Shown here in pieces: positions 27,300-37,990 of a DNA stretch of 47,623 nucleotides (positions within the stretch are counted from its first letter, which is position 1; each line of letters starts with the position of its first letter). The stretch comes from an uncultured Gammaproteobacteria bacterium. GTDB lineage: Bacteria > Patescibacteriota > Microgenomatia > UBA8517. The DNA lies in NCBI GenBank assembly GCA_964366085.1, contig CAYISM010000003.1:1-47623 (forward strand), read 5' to 3'. The notes beneath the pieces are model-generated. The model saw only the letters and a list, made by a program, of their open reading frames with translations, ran no database searches and was not told where the DNA came from. Position numbers and translations under genes: made by a program.

Positions 27300-27392
27300 A
27301 AACTCCACTTACTCGAATTTGCAATTCTCGTTAAGTGATTTTGATCCCCCAAAATGCTACTTATGATTGCAAATCAAAGTATTTTGGGTATA
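27299..27392 (+). mobile_element. ERIC-like ~94-bp double-hairpin element (putative MITE)
   Basis: TA-bounded; two hairpins around a central GATC; related copies at 35012-35104 and 22131-22189. Confidence 0.65.
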
Positions 27393-27405
27393 AAGAGTAA
27401 CTTTA

Positions 27406-28158
27406 TTACTGCCAAGGGACACACTCATTCTGTGATTGCCCACACTGTCCGTAACAGTTACTATTTTGATAGTTGGGGTCGCACTCAGGACCCGGACGGC
27501 TTGGATCCCAATTTATAGGAGTACAAATTCCACTTTTGCATCCATAAAAACCAGAACCAGGACCAGCTGTCGGAGTCGGAGTAGGTGAGGTAGACGGGTT
27601 TGGGGTTGGCGTACCTCCTCCCGGTCCGGACGTCTGGGTACCTCCACCTCCACCAGGGGTGGGGCTTGGACAAGTTAAGGACTGAGGTAAAGGAGCATTG
27701 GGACTAGCCGCAAAATAATTGTAAGCATAATTGGGGCCACATCCGCATTTGCATCCCTTCTTTACACTATCGGAGTCTTCTGTATAGTCAAGTTTGGTAA
27801 ATATTCTATACCAACGCGGGCAAGAACTGTCTTGATAGTCATAAAAGTAGGTGGACTTTGTCACCGGATCACAAGGAATTTTATTTAAATATGACTGAAG
27901 TCCGGTCCCGGGACTGCATACAACCAATTGAGGTAGGGGATAACAATCATGATCTTTCTCATATTCTTCAACTGCAATTTGAATTCTTGCTATATCGGTT
28001 TTTCTCTTAGCATCATTTGCCTTAAAAATTTGGCTTCTCAGAAAAACAATAGATATAACAATTAAAATCGAAATAATAACAACTACAATTAAGACCTCCG
28101 TAAGGGTCATGCCTTTGTTTTTTCTACTAACTAGTTTACTCAAAAAGAAATTAACCAT
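27406..28158 (-). CDS. Type IV pilin with Pro/Thr/Gly linker and Cys-rich C-terminal domain
   Basis: G|MTLTEVLIVV, ANDAKRKTDI, PTPGGGGG...PTPTP linker, Cys-rich tail. Confidence 0.85.
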   Translation of the reverse strand: MVNFFLSKLVSRKNKGMTLTEVLIVVVIISILIVISIVFLRSQIFKANDAKRKTDIARIQIAVEEYEKDHDCYPLPQLVVCSPGTGLQSYLNKIPCDPVTKSTYFYDYQDSSCPRWYRIFTKLDYTEDSDSVKKGCKCGCGPNYAYNYFAASPNAPLPQSLTCPSPTPGGGGGTQTSGPGGGTPTPNPSTSPTPTPTAGPGSGFYGCKSGICTPINWDPSRPGPECDPNYQNSNCYGQCGQSQNECVPWQ

Positions 28159-28892
28159 TTTTTCAAAGTTTCACCGAAAAAATAAACCAAGAAGAACGAA
28201 ACAACCAAATAAGGTCCGAACGCAATTTTTCGACCGAATTTAACTTTCTTCATCCATATAAGTATTATCCCCACAAACGCTCCGGTCAAGAAAGACGTGT
28301 ACGTCCAAATTAAGCTCTTGGGCCAGCCCCAAAAAGTTCCCGCAAAAATGGCGAATTTAACGTCGCCCAAACCCATTCCTTTGCCCTTGGTTAAAAGATG
28401 AATCCCCAAAAAAAATAAGGACGTTGCAAATCCGACAAAAAGATTCAAAAAGACGGATGCTGATGCTTGAATAAAAAGAAAAAAATAAGTTGACAAAAGT
28501 AAAATATAAATAAGCTCGTCCGGAATAATTTGGTTTTCTAAATCAATTACAAACACACAAATCAGCACCGAGGAAATAAGAAGCATAAAAAGTGTTAAGA
28601 AAAGTGGCGCTTTAAAAAGACCTATCGTTAAAAATATAACTCCCGTTAAGCCTTCGATAAAGGGGTATCTAACAGATATTTTCTGGGAGCAACTCCTACA
28701 TTTCCCACCCAGAATCAAATAAGAAACAAGAGGTACGTTGTCAAACCACGAAATTTGCTTTTTGCAGCTGTCGCACACCGAACGGCCCTTTACGATACTC
28801 ACTGCCCTTGGGTATCTATAGGTGTAGGCTGCTAAAAAAGACCCCACCACTAAACCTAATATTGCTAACGATAAAAAAATTAAAACCTGCAT
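28140..28892 (-). CDS. pilD: Prepilin peptidase
   Basis: GSFL, RS.C..C, GKC..C, IDLE..IIPD, GMGLGDVK and IAFGPYL motifs. Confidence 0.95.
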   Translation of the reverse strand: MQVLIFLSLAILGLVVGSFLAAYTYRYPRAVSIVKGRSVCDSCKKQISWFDNVPLVSYLILGGKCRSCSQKISVRYPFIEGLTGVIFLTIGLFKAPLFLTLFMLLISSVLICVFVIDLENQIIPDELIYILLLSTYFFLFIQASASVFLNLFVGFATSLFFLGIHLLTKGKGMGLGDVKFAIFAGTFWGWPKSLIWTYTSFLTGAFVGIILIWMKKVKFGRKIAFGPYLVVSFFLVYFFGETLKKWLISF

Positions 28893-29485
28893 TACTCAGG
28901 AATACAAACGTAGCATTTATTAGTGGTCCAGTCCGCACCAGCAGCGTCACAAGCCGATGTTGCAGTCCTCGAACCATCTGAAAGGCTTATAGTATAAACC
29001 TTATCATCCGCTATAGCTTTATCCCTTGTAGATTTGGCTGCAGGAATAAAACAAGTATATACTGACTCTGACGCGCCTAGTTTCTTACCAGCCATAAGCT
29101 TTTTTTCATCAACAGTGGCTTTTATAAAATCTCTATTTCGAAACTCGGTCTTTAATTCAAGTCCTGTCAGTAAAAGACCATCCGTACTGCAGTCAGCTCC
29201 GCAAATGCCAACCGCCTGACTTCCTGCACTCGCAAACCCAAAAGCTGCTTCATTGGTTGTCGGAGTACCAAACGTCACCCAAGGAAACTCGCTGTGAGAT
29301 GCGAAATACCTATCTATTGCTGAAATAATCTGACTGCCATCTGCCTTATAATGAGTATCTCGTGCCCGGTTTGACTGTTCGATTGGATTAATTGCAGAAA
29401 TAACTATCAAGGCAATTGTACCCAAAAGCGCAATAACAATCAAAAGCTCGACCAGTGTGAAACCTTTTTTAATTTTTATTGTCAT
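28892..29485 (-). CDS. Type IV pilin (candidate major pilin)
   Basis: KKG|FTLVELLIVI...AINP; strong SD GGAGGAGGTG upstream. Confidence 0.85.
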   Translation of the reverse strand: MTIKIKKGFTLVELLIVIALLGTIALIVISAINPIEQSNRARDTHYKADGSQIISAIDRYFASHSEFPWVTFGTPTTNEAAFGFASAGSQAVGICGADCSTDGLLLTGLELKTEFRNRDFIKATVDEKKLMAGKKLGASESVYTCFIPAAKSTRDKAIADDKVYTISLSDGSRTATSACDAAGADWTTNKCYVCIPE

Positions 29486-29563
29486 TATCCTCACCTCCTC
29501 CCGCTAAAATTATGTCCTATTTCAGTATTAGAGACTTTAATGTCAATGTCAAGAACACATACT

Positions 29564-30769
29564 TCAAAATTGACTGGTCAGGTTATATATCGGCAAAATT
29601 ATGGCGATTACTAAAAATCCCACTCCAAGACCCAAAAGAACCATTATTAAAGGCTCAACTGCAGCGGTAAGAGTCTTTACCTTTTGATCGCTTTCAATTT
29701 CAAAGATATGACTTACTTTCGCCAAAACTTCCTCCATTTTCCCAGTTTCCTCTCCAACCGAAATCATCTGAGACAAAATAAACGGAAAAGCTTCGGGGTG
29801 CTTGGCAAAAGAGTAGGCGACCGGAAAACCCTTCTCGACTTGGATAGAAGCATCTTTCAAAGCATCCGAAATTACCACATTATCAACAACTGACGCCGTA
29901 ATGTTTAACCCGTCAAGAATTGAAACACCGGCTCCAACCATCAGAGATAGTGTTCTTGTTATTTCCGTTAGTAAAATCTGCTTTTGCAACTCTCCCATAA
30001 CTGGAATTTTAAATGCAATTTCATCGGTCTTTCTTCTTCCTATCTTTGTCCTTCTATAAAATACAAAGCCGTATCCAGCCCCTATCACCAAAATCAAAAG
30101 AAGTGGCCAGAATTTTATCAGAAAATTTGAAATTCCAATAAGGATAAGAGTAGGAAGTGGAAGTTTCGCATTAAATTCCGAATATAGAGTAGTTAAGCGG
30201 GGAATAACAAAAATCATCATTACAAGACCAACCACTATCATTCCTATAAGAATTATTACTGGATAAATTAAAGCCCCTTTGACCTTACCTGCAAATTCCT
30301 GCTGTTTTTCCAGATTGTCGGCAAGCCTTAAAAGAACTTTGTCCAAAACTCCGCTTACCTCTCCGGATTTAACTAATGCGATATAGGTGGCGCCAAAAAC
30401 GCCGGGATGCTTTTGCAGTGCGCTTGATAAAGACTCTCCACCTTCAATATCGGCGAGAATCTGAGAAACTACTTTTTCAATAGAGCCTTTGGATTGGGTT
30501 CTTAAAATTAAAAGTGCTTCTGTGATGGGAAGTCCTGCTCCAACCATCGTCGAAAGTTGCCTGGTAAAGGTTGATACTTCCGAAGGCTTCACTTTATCTT
30601 TGAAAGATTTTATCATTAAAAGAGGATTTGCAAAACTTGATTTAACGGAAATCACAACAAATCCCTTTGATCTAATCAGTTTTGCCGCAGCTTGGGGCGT
30701 TGAAGCTTCAACTTCACCGGTAATTAGCTTTCCTGTTTGGTCCTTTGCTTTGAAATTGAATCTTTTCAT
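29564..30769 (-). CDS. pilC: Type IV pilus platform protein PilC (GspF family)
   Basis: FTRQLSTMVGAGLP, GEVSGVL, ALIYP, GEETGKM and EPLIM motifs. Confidence 0.95.
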   Translation of the reverse strand: MKRFNFKAKDQTGKLITGEVEASTPQAAAKLIRSKGFVVISVKSSFANPLLMIKSFKDKVKPSEVSTFTRQLSTMVGAGLPITEALLILRTQSKGSIEKVVSQILADIEGGESLSSALQKHPGVFGATYIALVKSGEVSGVLDKVLLRLADNLEKQQEFAGKVKGALIYPVIILIGMIVVGLVMMIFVIPRLTTLYSEFNAKLPLPTLILIGISNFLIKFWPLLLILVIGAGYGFVFYRRTKIGRRKTDEIAFKIPVMGELQKQILLTEITRTLSLMVGAGVSILDGLNITASVVDNVVISDALKDASIQVEKGFPVAYSFAKHPEAFPFILSQMISVGEETGKMEEVLAKVSHIFEIESDQKVKTLTAAVEPLIMVLLGLGVGFLVIAIILPIYNLTSQF

Positions 30770-31827
30770 TAAACAGTTCTGATCATTCTTGTAAGCTCTT
30801 CCGGTCTTAAGGAATAACTTTGTGCGACCTCTATGCTAATTTTCCCATCTTTAACCAAAGATACCAGCGATCTTTCCAATGTAGTCATTCCTAATTCCAG
30901 TGAAGTCTGAATAATCGTATCGATCTGATGAGTTTTACCATCTCGAATTGTAGTTTTTATTGCGGGAGTTCCCAACATGAGTTCATAAGCGATAGTCCTA
31001 CCGCCCCCCAAAACCGGAAGAAGTCTTTGAGAAAAAACTGCCTCAATAACATTTGAAAGCTGAAGCCGAATTTGGCCTTGCTGCTCCTCGGGAAAAACAT
31101 CAACAATTCTATCTACGGTTTGAGATGCAGAATTAGTATGAAGGGTTGCAAAAACTAAATGTCCGGTTTCGGCAACGGTTAGAGCGGCTGAAATTGTTTC
31201 ATAGTCCCTCATTTCTCCGACCAAAACAACATCCGGGTCCTCTCTCAAGCTACTTCTTAATGCTTTTTGCCAGGAGAGTGTGTCAGAATAAACTTCCCTT
31301 TGAGAGATTATCGATTTTTCATTTCTGAATACAAACTCAATTGGATCTTCTATCGTAATGATATGTGCTGCTCGGGTCTTATTTATTTCATTAAGTATTG
31401 CGGCAAGTGTTGTTGATTTTCCCTGCCCGGTAGGACCCGTAATTAATATGAGTCCCTGATGGAGAGTTGTAAACGAATGCAAAATCTTAGGTAGTCCCAA
31501 AGAATCGAGTGCCGGTATTTCAAGCGGAATTCTTCTAAAGGCTGCTGCAAGACTGTGCTTTTGTGTATAAACATTTACTCTAAAACGTGCTTTCTCTGAA
31601 AATGGCAAAGAGAAATCTATTTCCTTGTTTAAATTAATCAGTTGCATCTGCTCTGCGGTTAATACTTCTTTAATTAAAGATGCTGCCATTTCATTTGTTA
31701 AAACAGCCTCATTTGGGATTGCAGCCAAATTTCCATCAATTCTGAGTGTTGGAGGAATTCCTGCAATAATATGAAGGTCAGAAGCATTTTTATCTACCGT
31801 AAGTTGTAATAATTGTTTCATATCCAT
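30769..31827 (-). CDS. pilT: Pilus retraction ATPase PilT
   Basis: ASDLH, GPTGQGKSTT, LREDPDV, AETGHLV and TLHT motifs. Confidence 0.95.
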   Translation of the reverse strand: MDMKQLLQLTVDKNASDLHIIAGIPPTLRIDGNLAAIPNEAVLTNEMAASLIKEVLTAEQMQLINLNKEIDFSLPFSEKARFRVNVYTQKHSLAAAFRRIPLEIPALDSLGLPKILHSFTTLHQGLILITGPTGQGKSTTLAAILNEINKTRAAHIITIEDPIEFVFRNEKSIISQREVYSDTLSWQKALRSSLREDPDVVLVGEMRDYETISAALTVAETGHLVFATLHTNSASQTVDRIVDVFPEEQQGQIRLQLSNVIEAVFSQRLLPVLGGGRTIAYELMLGTPAIKTTIRDGKTHQIDTIIQTSLELGMTTLERSLVSLVKDGKISIEVAQSYSLRPEELTRMIRTV

Positions 31828-31829
31828 GT

Positions 31830-33584
31830 TTATTCCTGGGCAACTCTGAGTACTTCTTCAATACTTGTTACTCCTTCAACCACTTTTAAGTAACCGTCCT
31901 GTTTTAAAGAAATCATCCCTTCTTCTTTCGCCAATTTTTCTATTTCACTGGCGGGGGACCTTTGAAGTATCAATTTTGCAATCTTCTCACTCACCGGCAA
32001 GGACTCAAAAATTCCAACCCTGCCAAAATAACCTGAATTATTACATTCGGGGTCTCCTTGTCCTTTAAAAAACTTCATCGGCTTTCCCTCGGGCCATAAA
32101 GGACCTAAAATGTTTTTTGTTTCTTCTACAATTTTAGGATCGGGTCGATATTCGATCTTACATTTATCGTGAATTTTCCTTACAACTCTTTGGGCCACAA
32201 TTGCGGTTATTGAAGAAGCCAAAAGATAAGGCTCGGCTCCCATATCTAGTAAGCGCGGTAGTGCACCTGATGCGTCATTTGTGTGAAGAGTAGAAAAAAC
32301 CAAATGTCCGGTTAGGGAAGCTTGTATGGCCAAATCGGCGGTTTCCTGGTCTCTAATTTCTCCTACTAAGATAATATTCGGATCTTGTCTTAAAAAGGCT
32401 CTCAAACCTGATGCAAAAGTAAGCCCGACTCCCGGATTAATCTGTACCTGATTTACGCCTGGTATTTTATACTCGATTGGATCTTCAAGTGTAACTATAT
32501 TTACCCGGGGAAGGTTGATACGGGAAATTATTGAATAGAGCGTAGTTGTTTTTCCCGAACCCGTGGGACCGCAAATAAGAATTATTCCGTGAGGGCGCAA
32601 TATCGCGTCTTCGAGATTTTTAAGTCCTCTTCCTCTTAATCCAAGTTCGATAAGTTCCGGAACACCTCCGGTCTTTTTCAAAAGCCGCATCACAATTTTC
32701 TCTCCCCAGGTAGTAGGAAGGGAGGAGATACGCAAATCTACCTCCTCATTTGCATTCTTAAAATTAAACCTGCCATCTTGGGGGATTCTTTTCTCATCTA
32801 TTTTCATTCCGGATTGTATCTTGATTCTTGAAATAAGTGCTTCGTGAAGTCCTTTGGGGATGGTAAGCTTTTCCTGAAGAATTCCGTCGATTCTATAACG
32901 AACACGGGTTGTCTTCTCCTGAGGCTCGATATGAACATCGCTGGCTCTTGCCCGGACAGCAAACTCCAAAATGTGATTAACAATCTCCGCAATTCTTTCT
33001 TCTCTGATAAAACCGGTCTTTGCGATATCAAGCGTTGTTTTAATATCTTCCGGAACAACCTCTTTCATGGCCTCCGTAACTTCTTTAGAAAGTGAAGTTG
33101 AATACCGCGTTGAAATAAACTCTTCCACTTGAGATGGTACTCCCGCTTGCGGTTTTAATCTGTAACCTGTCTTTTGTTCTATGAACTCAAGTGCCGTAAG
33201 ATCCAGTGGGTCCGCCATAGCTAGAGCTAATTGTTTTAGAGTCGTATCGATAGAAACAGGAAAGACCTTAAATCTTTCTGCAACGTCTTGGGGCAAAAGG
33301 GCAACAGCTTCAGGAGATACTGGAGTGCTGGTAAGATCTACAAAGGGAACGTTATACAAAGTTGCTTTTGCCTTTGTTAAAGCAACTTCGGAAACCAACT
33401 CTTTCTCCTTTAGAATTTCTTCCTGGGTTTTGCCCGTTTGAATTTCAAACATCTTCACTTCCTGTGCCTTATCGGCAGTCAAAACCCCCTGAGACAGCAG
33501 GACATCTGCTAGGTTGTTAAGTTCACCATTTGTAACCTGCGAGTTGACAGGCTGAGGCACTTTGACTGTAGGTTGAGCAGGCAT
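31830..33584 (-). CDS. pilB: Pilus assembly ATPase PilB (GspE family)
   Basis: ASDVHIEP, PQDGR, GPTGSGKTTTLY, LRQDP and TGHLVFSTLHTND motifs. Confidence 0.95.
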   Translation of the reverse strand: MPAQPTVKVPQPVNSQVTNGELNNLADVLLSQGVLTADKAQEVKMFEIQTGKTQEEILKEKELVSEVALTKAKATLYNVPFVDLTSTPVSPEAVALLPQDVAERFKVFPVSIDTTLKQLALAMADPLDLTALEFIEQKTGYRLKPQAGVPSQVEEFISTRYSTSLSKEVTEAMKEVVPEDIKTTLDIAKTGFIREERIAEIVNHILEFAVRARASDVHIEPQEKTTRVRYRIDGILQEKLTIPKGLHEALISRIKIQSGMKIDEKRIPQDGRFNFKNANEEVDLRISSLPTTWGEKIVMRLLKKTGGVPELIELGLRGRGLKNLEDAILRPHGIILICGPTGSGKTTTLYSIISRINLPRVNIVTLEDPIEYKIPGVNQVQINPGVGLTFASGLRAFLRQDPNIILVGEIRDQETADLAIQASLTGHLVFSTLHTNDASGALPRLLDMGAEPYLLASSITAIVAQRVVRKIHDKCKIEYRPDPKIVEETKNILGPLWPEGKPMKFFKGQGDPECNNSGYFGRVGIFESLPVSEKIAKLILQRSPASEIEKLAKEEGMISLKQDGYLKVVEGVTSIEEVLRVAQE

Positions 33585-33715
33585 ATTTAAAAATTTACAA
33601 TTACCAATTACCAATTTTCAATGAAAATTAGATTTTGAGATTAGAAAATTATTATTTCCATTATGCGATAGAAAATGTCTTCAATCAAGTAATACTCATT
33701 ATCAAATCCTATAGA

Positions 33716-33763
33716 CTTGACTTTTATATGTGGTGGTGGTGGTAGCATCATGGCTAGAATTGA
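33716..33763 (+). promoter_or_regulatory. Cassette promoter block, copy 2
   Basis: CTTGACTTTTATATGTGGTGGTGGT-N14-TAGAATTGA, as at 15978. Confidence 0.7.
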
Positions 33764-33871
33764 AGCAGGATCAATTTTTAAATCGCGGCCTATAGCTTCT
33801 GTTTCAATGCACGTTCGCATTCTTGCGGAAACAACCAATCTTAGTTGCCTTCGGGCAGAAAGGAAAATCTC

Positions 33872-34141
33872 ATGGCATTCTTAGGTTGGATCTCTGCGGC
33901 GATATTGAGTACGTTACTCAACGGCTTTGCTCTCAAAGTACTCTGGAGCCGGTTCATGGTGGAGACCTTTAGTCTCCGCCCCCTGACCATCCCTCAGGCA
34001 CTAGGCCTAGCCATGGTGGTAAGCTATCTAACCAACCACTATCACAAAGATGACAGATCCCCCGGTGTAATCATCGCTACAGCCTTCGTCCAACCCTTGT
34101 TCGCATTGCTAGTGGGCTGGATCATACAGCTATTCATGTAA
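33872..34141 (+). CDS. Small membrane protein (89 aa, about 3 TM)
   Basis: SD GAAAGGA after a TGCC-TTCG-GGCA hairpin; hydrophobic segments; more GC-rich than host genes. Confidence 0.75.
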   Translation: MAFLGWISAAILSTLLNGFALKVLWSRFMVETFSLRPLTIPQALGLAMVVSYLTNHYHKDDRSPGVIIATAFVQPLFALLVGWIIQLFM

Positions 34142-34184
34142 CAGTGGGCTTGTAGCATTCCTAAAGTAATTCGCAAGAAGTTTG

Positions 34185-34232
34185 AAAAGCACCGAAAGGG
34201 TGAAAATCACAATAACCCTCCGGTGCTTTTTT
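34185..34232 (+). terminator. Terminator of cassette 2
   Basis: AAAAGCACCG...CGGTGCTTTTTT with inner AGGG/CCCT and GTGA/TCAC stems. Confidence 0.75.
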
Positions 34233-34244
34233 ATGCTTAAGCCA

Positions 34245-34290
34245 AAGGTCGGACCTTGTGTGGGGTCGGACCCGACTGCGGGTCCGACCC
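34245..34290. repeat. REP-like cluster, 3 units with 17-bp period
   Basis: AGGTCGGACCT (34246), GGGTCGGACCC (34263), GGGTCCGACCC (34280). Confidence 0.85.
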
Positions 34291-34345
34291 TGATTAATTT
34301 GCTTTCCAGACGCTTAATATCTTAATATCTTTATATCCTAACTCT

Positions 34346-35002
34346 ATGCATGCATATTTAATCGTTGGCCAAAACGAAGAGGTAAATAAAAATAAAGCCC
34401 AAGAACTCGCTGAAAAACTTGAGGCAAAGATACTTGAGTTTCCGCTTTCAAAAATTGAGGACGTTAGAAATCTATCTGCTTTTACAAAACTTAAACTCAG
34501 TCAGCCGACTGCCTTACTACTATATAGTATCGAAGATGCAACCGAGGAGGCACTAAATGCCTTCTTAAAAAATCTCGAGGAGCCACAAAAAAATCTTTAC
34601 TATATTCTTACCGCACAATCTTCAAAAAGTGTACTTTCCACAATTGTTTCCAGATGCGAAGTAATAAAAACAGTCAGCAGTCTGCCTACGCAGTCAGGTA
34701 AACAGTCAGCAGTCTGCCTACGCAGTCAGGTAAACAGTCAGGAATCTGAAAACTTTTTGAAGATGCAGATTGGAGAAAAATTCGCACACGTCCAAAGTAT
34801 AAAAGAAAGAGATATAGCCCTAGGTTTTGTTGAAAATTTAATTTACTTTCTCCACGAAAAATTACACAGCGAAACTAACTTCAGTCACACCTTCAAACTT
34901 TTAACCGAAGCGGTTTCAACAAGAAACGCTCTTAAGAAAAACGGAAACGTATCCTTACAGTTAATCAATTTTATTGTAAAAACCGCTTCCGTGACAGCCT
35001 AA
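34346..35002 (+). CDS. holB: DNA polymerase III delta'-like protein (short)
   Basis: HAYLIVG, EALNAFLKNLEEP and TIVSRC motifs. Confidence 0.8.
   Translation: MHAYLIVGQNEEVNKNKAQELAEKLEAKILEFPLSKIEDVRNLSAFTKLKLSQPTALLLYSIEDATEEALNAFLKNLEEPQKNLYYILTAQSSKSVLSTIVSRCEVIKTVSSLPTQSGKQSAVCLRSQVNSQESENFLKMQIGEKFAHVQSIKERDIALGFVENLIYFLHEKLHSETNFSHTFKLLTEAVSTRNALKKNGNVSLQLINFIVKTASVTA
34668..34741 (+). repeat. 32-nt tandem repeat (x2.3) inside holB
   Basis: AAACAGTCAGCAGTCTGCCTACGCAGTCAGGT twice, plus a partial copy. Confidence 0.9.
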
Positions 35003-35011
35003 AATCAAGTA

Positions 35012-35104
35012 TATACTCATCTTACTCGAATTTACAATTCTCGTTTGATGAGTATGATCCTCAAACATGGTATCTAAGGTACAAACTAACGTATGTTTGA
35101 TATA
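35012..35104 (+). mobile_element. Diverged full-length copy of the ERIC-like element
   Basis: Collinear with 27299-27392; 24/25 identity over CTTACTCGAATTT(A/G)CAATTCTCGTT; compensatory stem changes. Confidence 0.6.
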
Positions 35105-35112
35105 ATAGTTAG

Positions 35113-37113
<2,001 letters not shown>

Positions 37114-37149
37114 TATAGAAAATAGTAAAATTAAATATGAACTATTTAC

Positions 37150-37677
37150 ATGATATTTGATATTCCCGCCGGAGATCCGCAAAAACACGTTAATGTGGTG
37201 GTGGAAATTCCCATCGGCAGTCGCATTAAGTACGAATATGACAAAGATTTACAAATAATTTCCGCCAACAGATTTTTGTACACCGCTTTTACCTATCCAT
37301 TCAACTACGGCTTCATTCCCAGCACTTGGAGCCAAGACGAAGATCTGCTGGATATTGTAGTTTTATCTTCGGAATCATTGGCCACTGGAACGCTGGTTGA
37401 ATGCCGAATAATCGGAATGCTGGACACCGAAGATGAAGAGGGGGCGGATGCCAAATTGATAGCCGTGCCCAAGGCCAAGATAGACCCCGCCTTTGCCTAC
37501 ATCAACGATATCTCCGAACTTCCGGACTATTTAAAAAATAAAATTAAACATTTTTACCAAAATTACAAATCTATTGAACCCGGCAAATGGGTCAAAGTTA
37601 CTAATTGGTTGTCACGAGAAGACGCGATAAAGACCGTCGAAGAGTGCGTGGAGCGCTACCAAAAACACCTTAAATGA
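37150..37677 (+). CDS. ppa: Inorganic pyrophosphatase (family I)
   Basis: EIP..S..KYEYDK, YPFNYGFIP, DEDLLD and DAKLIAVP motifs. Confidence 0.92.
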   Translation: MIFDIPAGDPQKHVNVVVEIPIGSRIKYEYDKDLQIISANRFLYTAFTYPFNYGFIPSTWSQDEDLLDIVVLSSESLATGTLVECRIIGMLDTEDEEGADAKLIAVPKAKIDPAFAYINDISELPDYLKNKIKHFYQNYKSIEPGKWVKVTNWLSREDAIKTVEECVERYQKHLK

Positions 37678-37928
37678 CACGAGAACTCCAACCTTCTTTA
37701 CCAGTTGAGGATTGCCCTGGCAGTGTGGTAGTTACACCTGATCCAAATTCATACGCAATGAGATATTTAAAAAAGTGGAGAGGTTATTCGGTCACCACTC
37801 ATGAAGACATAAACTGTCTAGTCTTGGATAGAAAAGTCGGATTACTTGTCAGTTCAAATACAGAAGGAGGGCTCAGATTGTTATGCCAAGAACTAATAAG
37901 TGGAAGATGCAATTTTGTAGCACCTTAA
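37674..37928 (+). CDS. Hypothetical protein
   Basis: 84-aa ORF overlapping the ppa stop. Confidence 0.45.
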   Translation: MTRELQPSLPVEDCPGSVVVTPDPNSYAMRYLKKWRGYSVTTHEDINCLVLDRKVGLLVSSNTEGGLRLLCQELISGRCNFVAP

Positions 37929-37990
37929 ACACGCAAAGAATTTGACAGGAGATTGACTAACTCCCATGCTCCAGTGTATGGTAGTTAGAG

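Noticed and set aside
22129-27394. Pilin shufflon bounded by 61-bp inverted repeats
   Set aside because: All pilins share one orientation, no invertase is adjacent, and a third dispersed copy shows the repeats belong to a repeat family. Inversion remains possible but is unsupported.
33641-33838. 65-aa minus-strand ORF with a poly-Pro run
   Set aside because: It is the antisense reading of the cassette promoter (TGG repeats) and leader.
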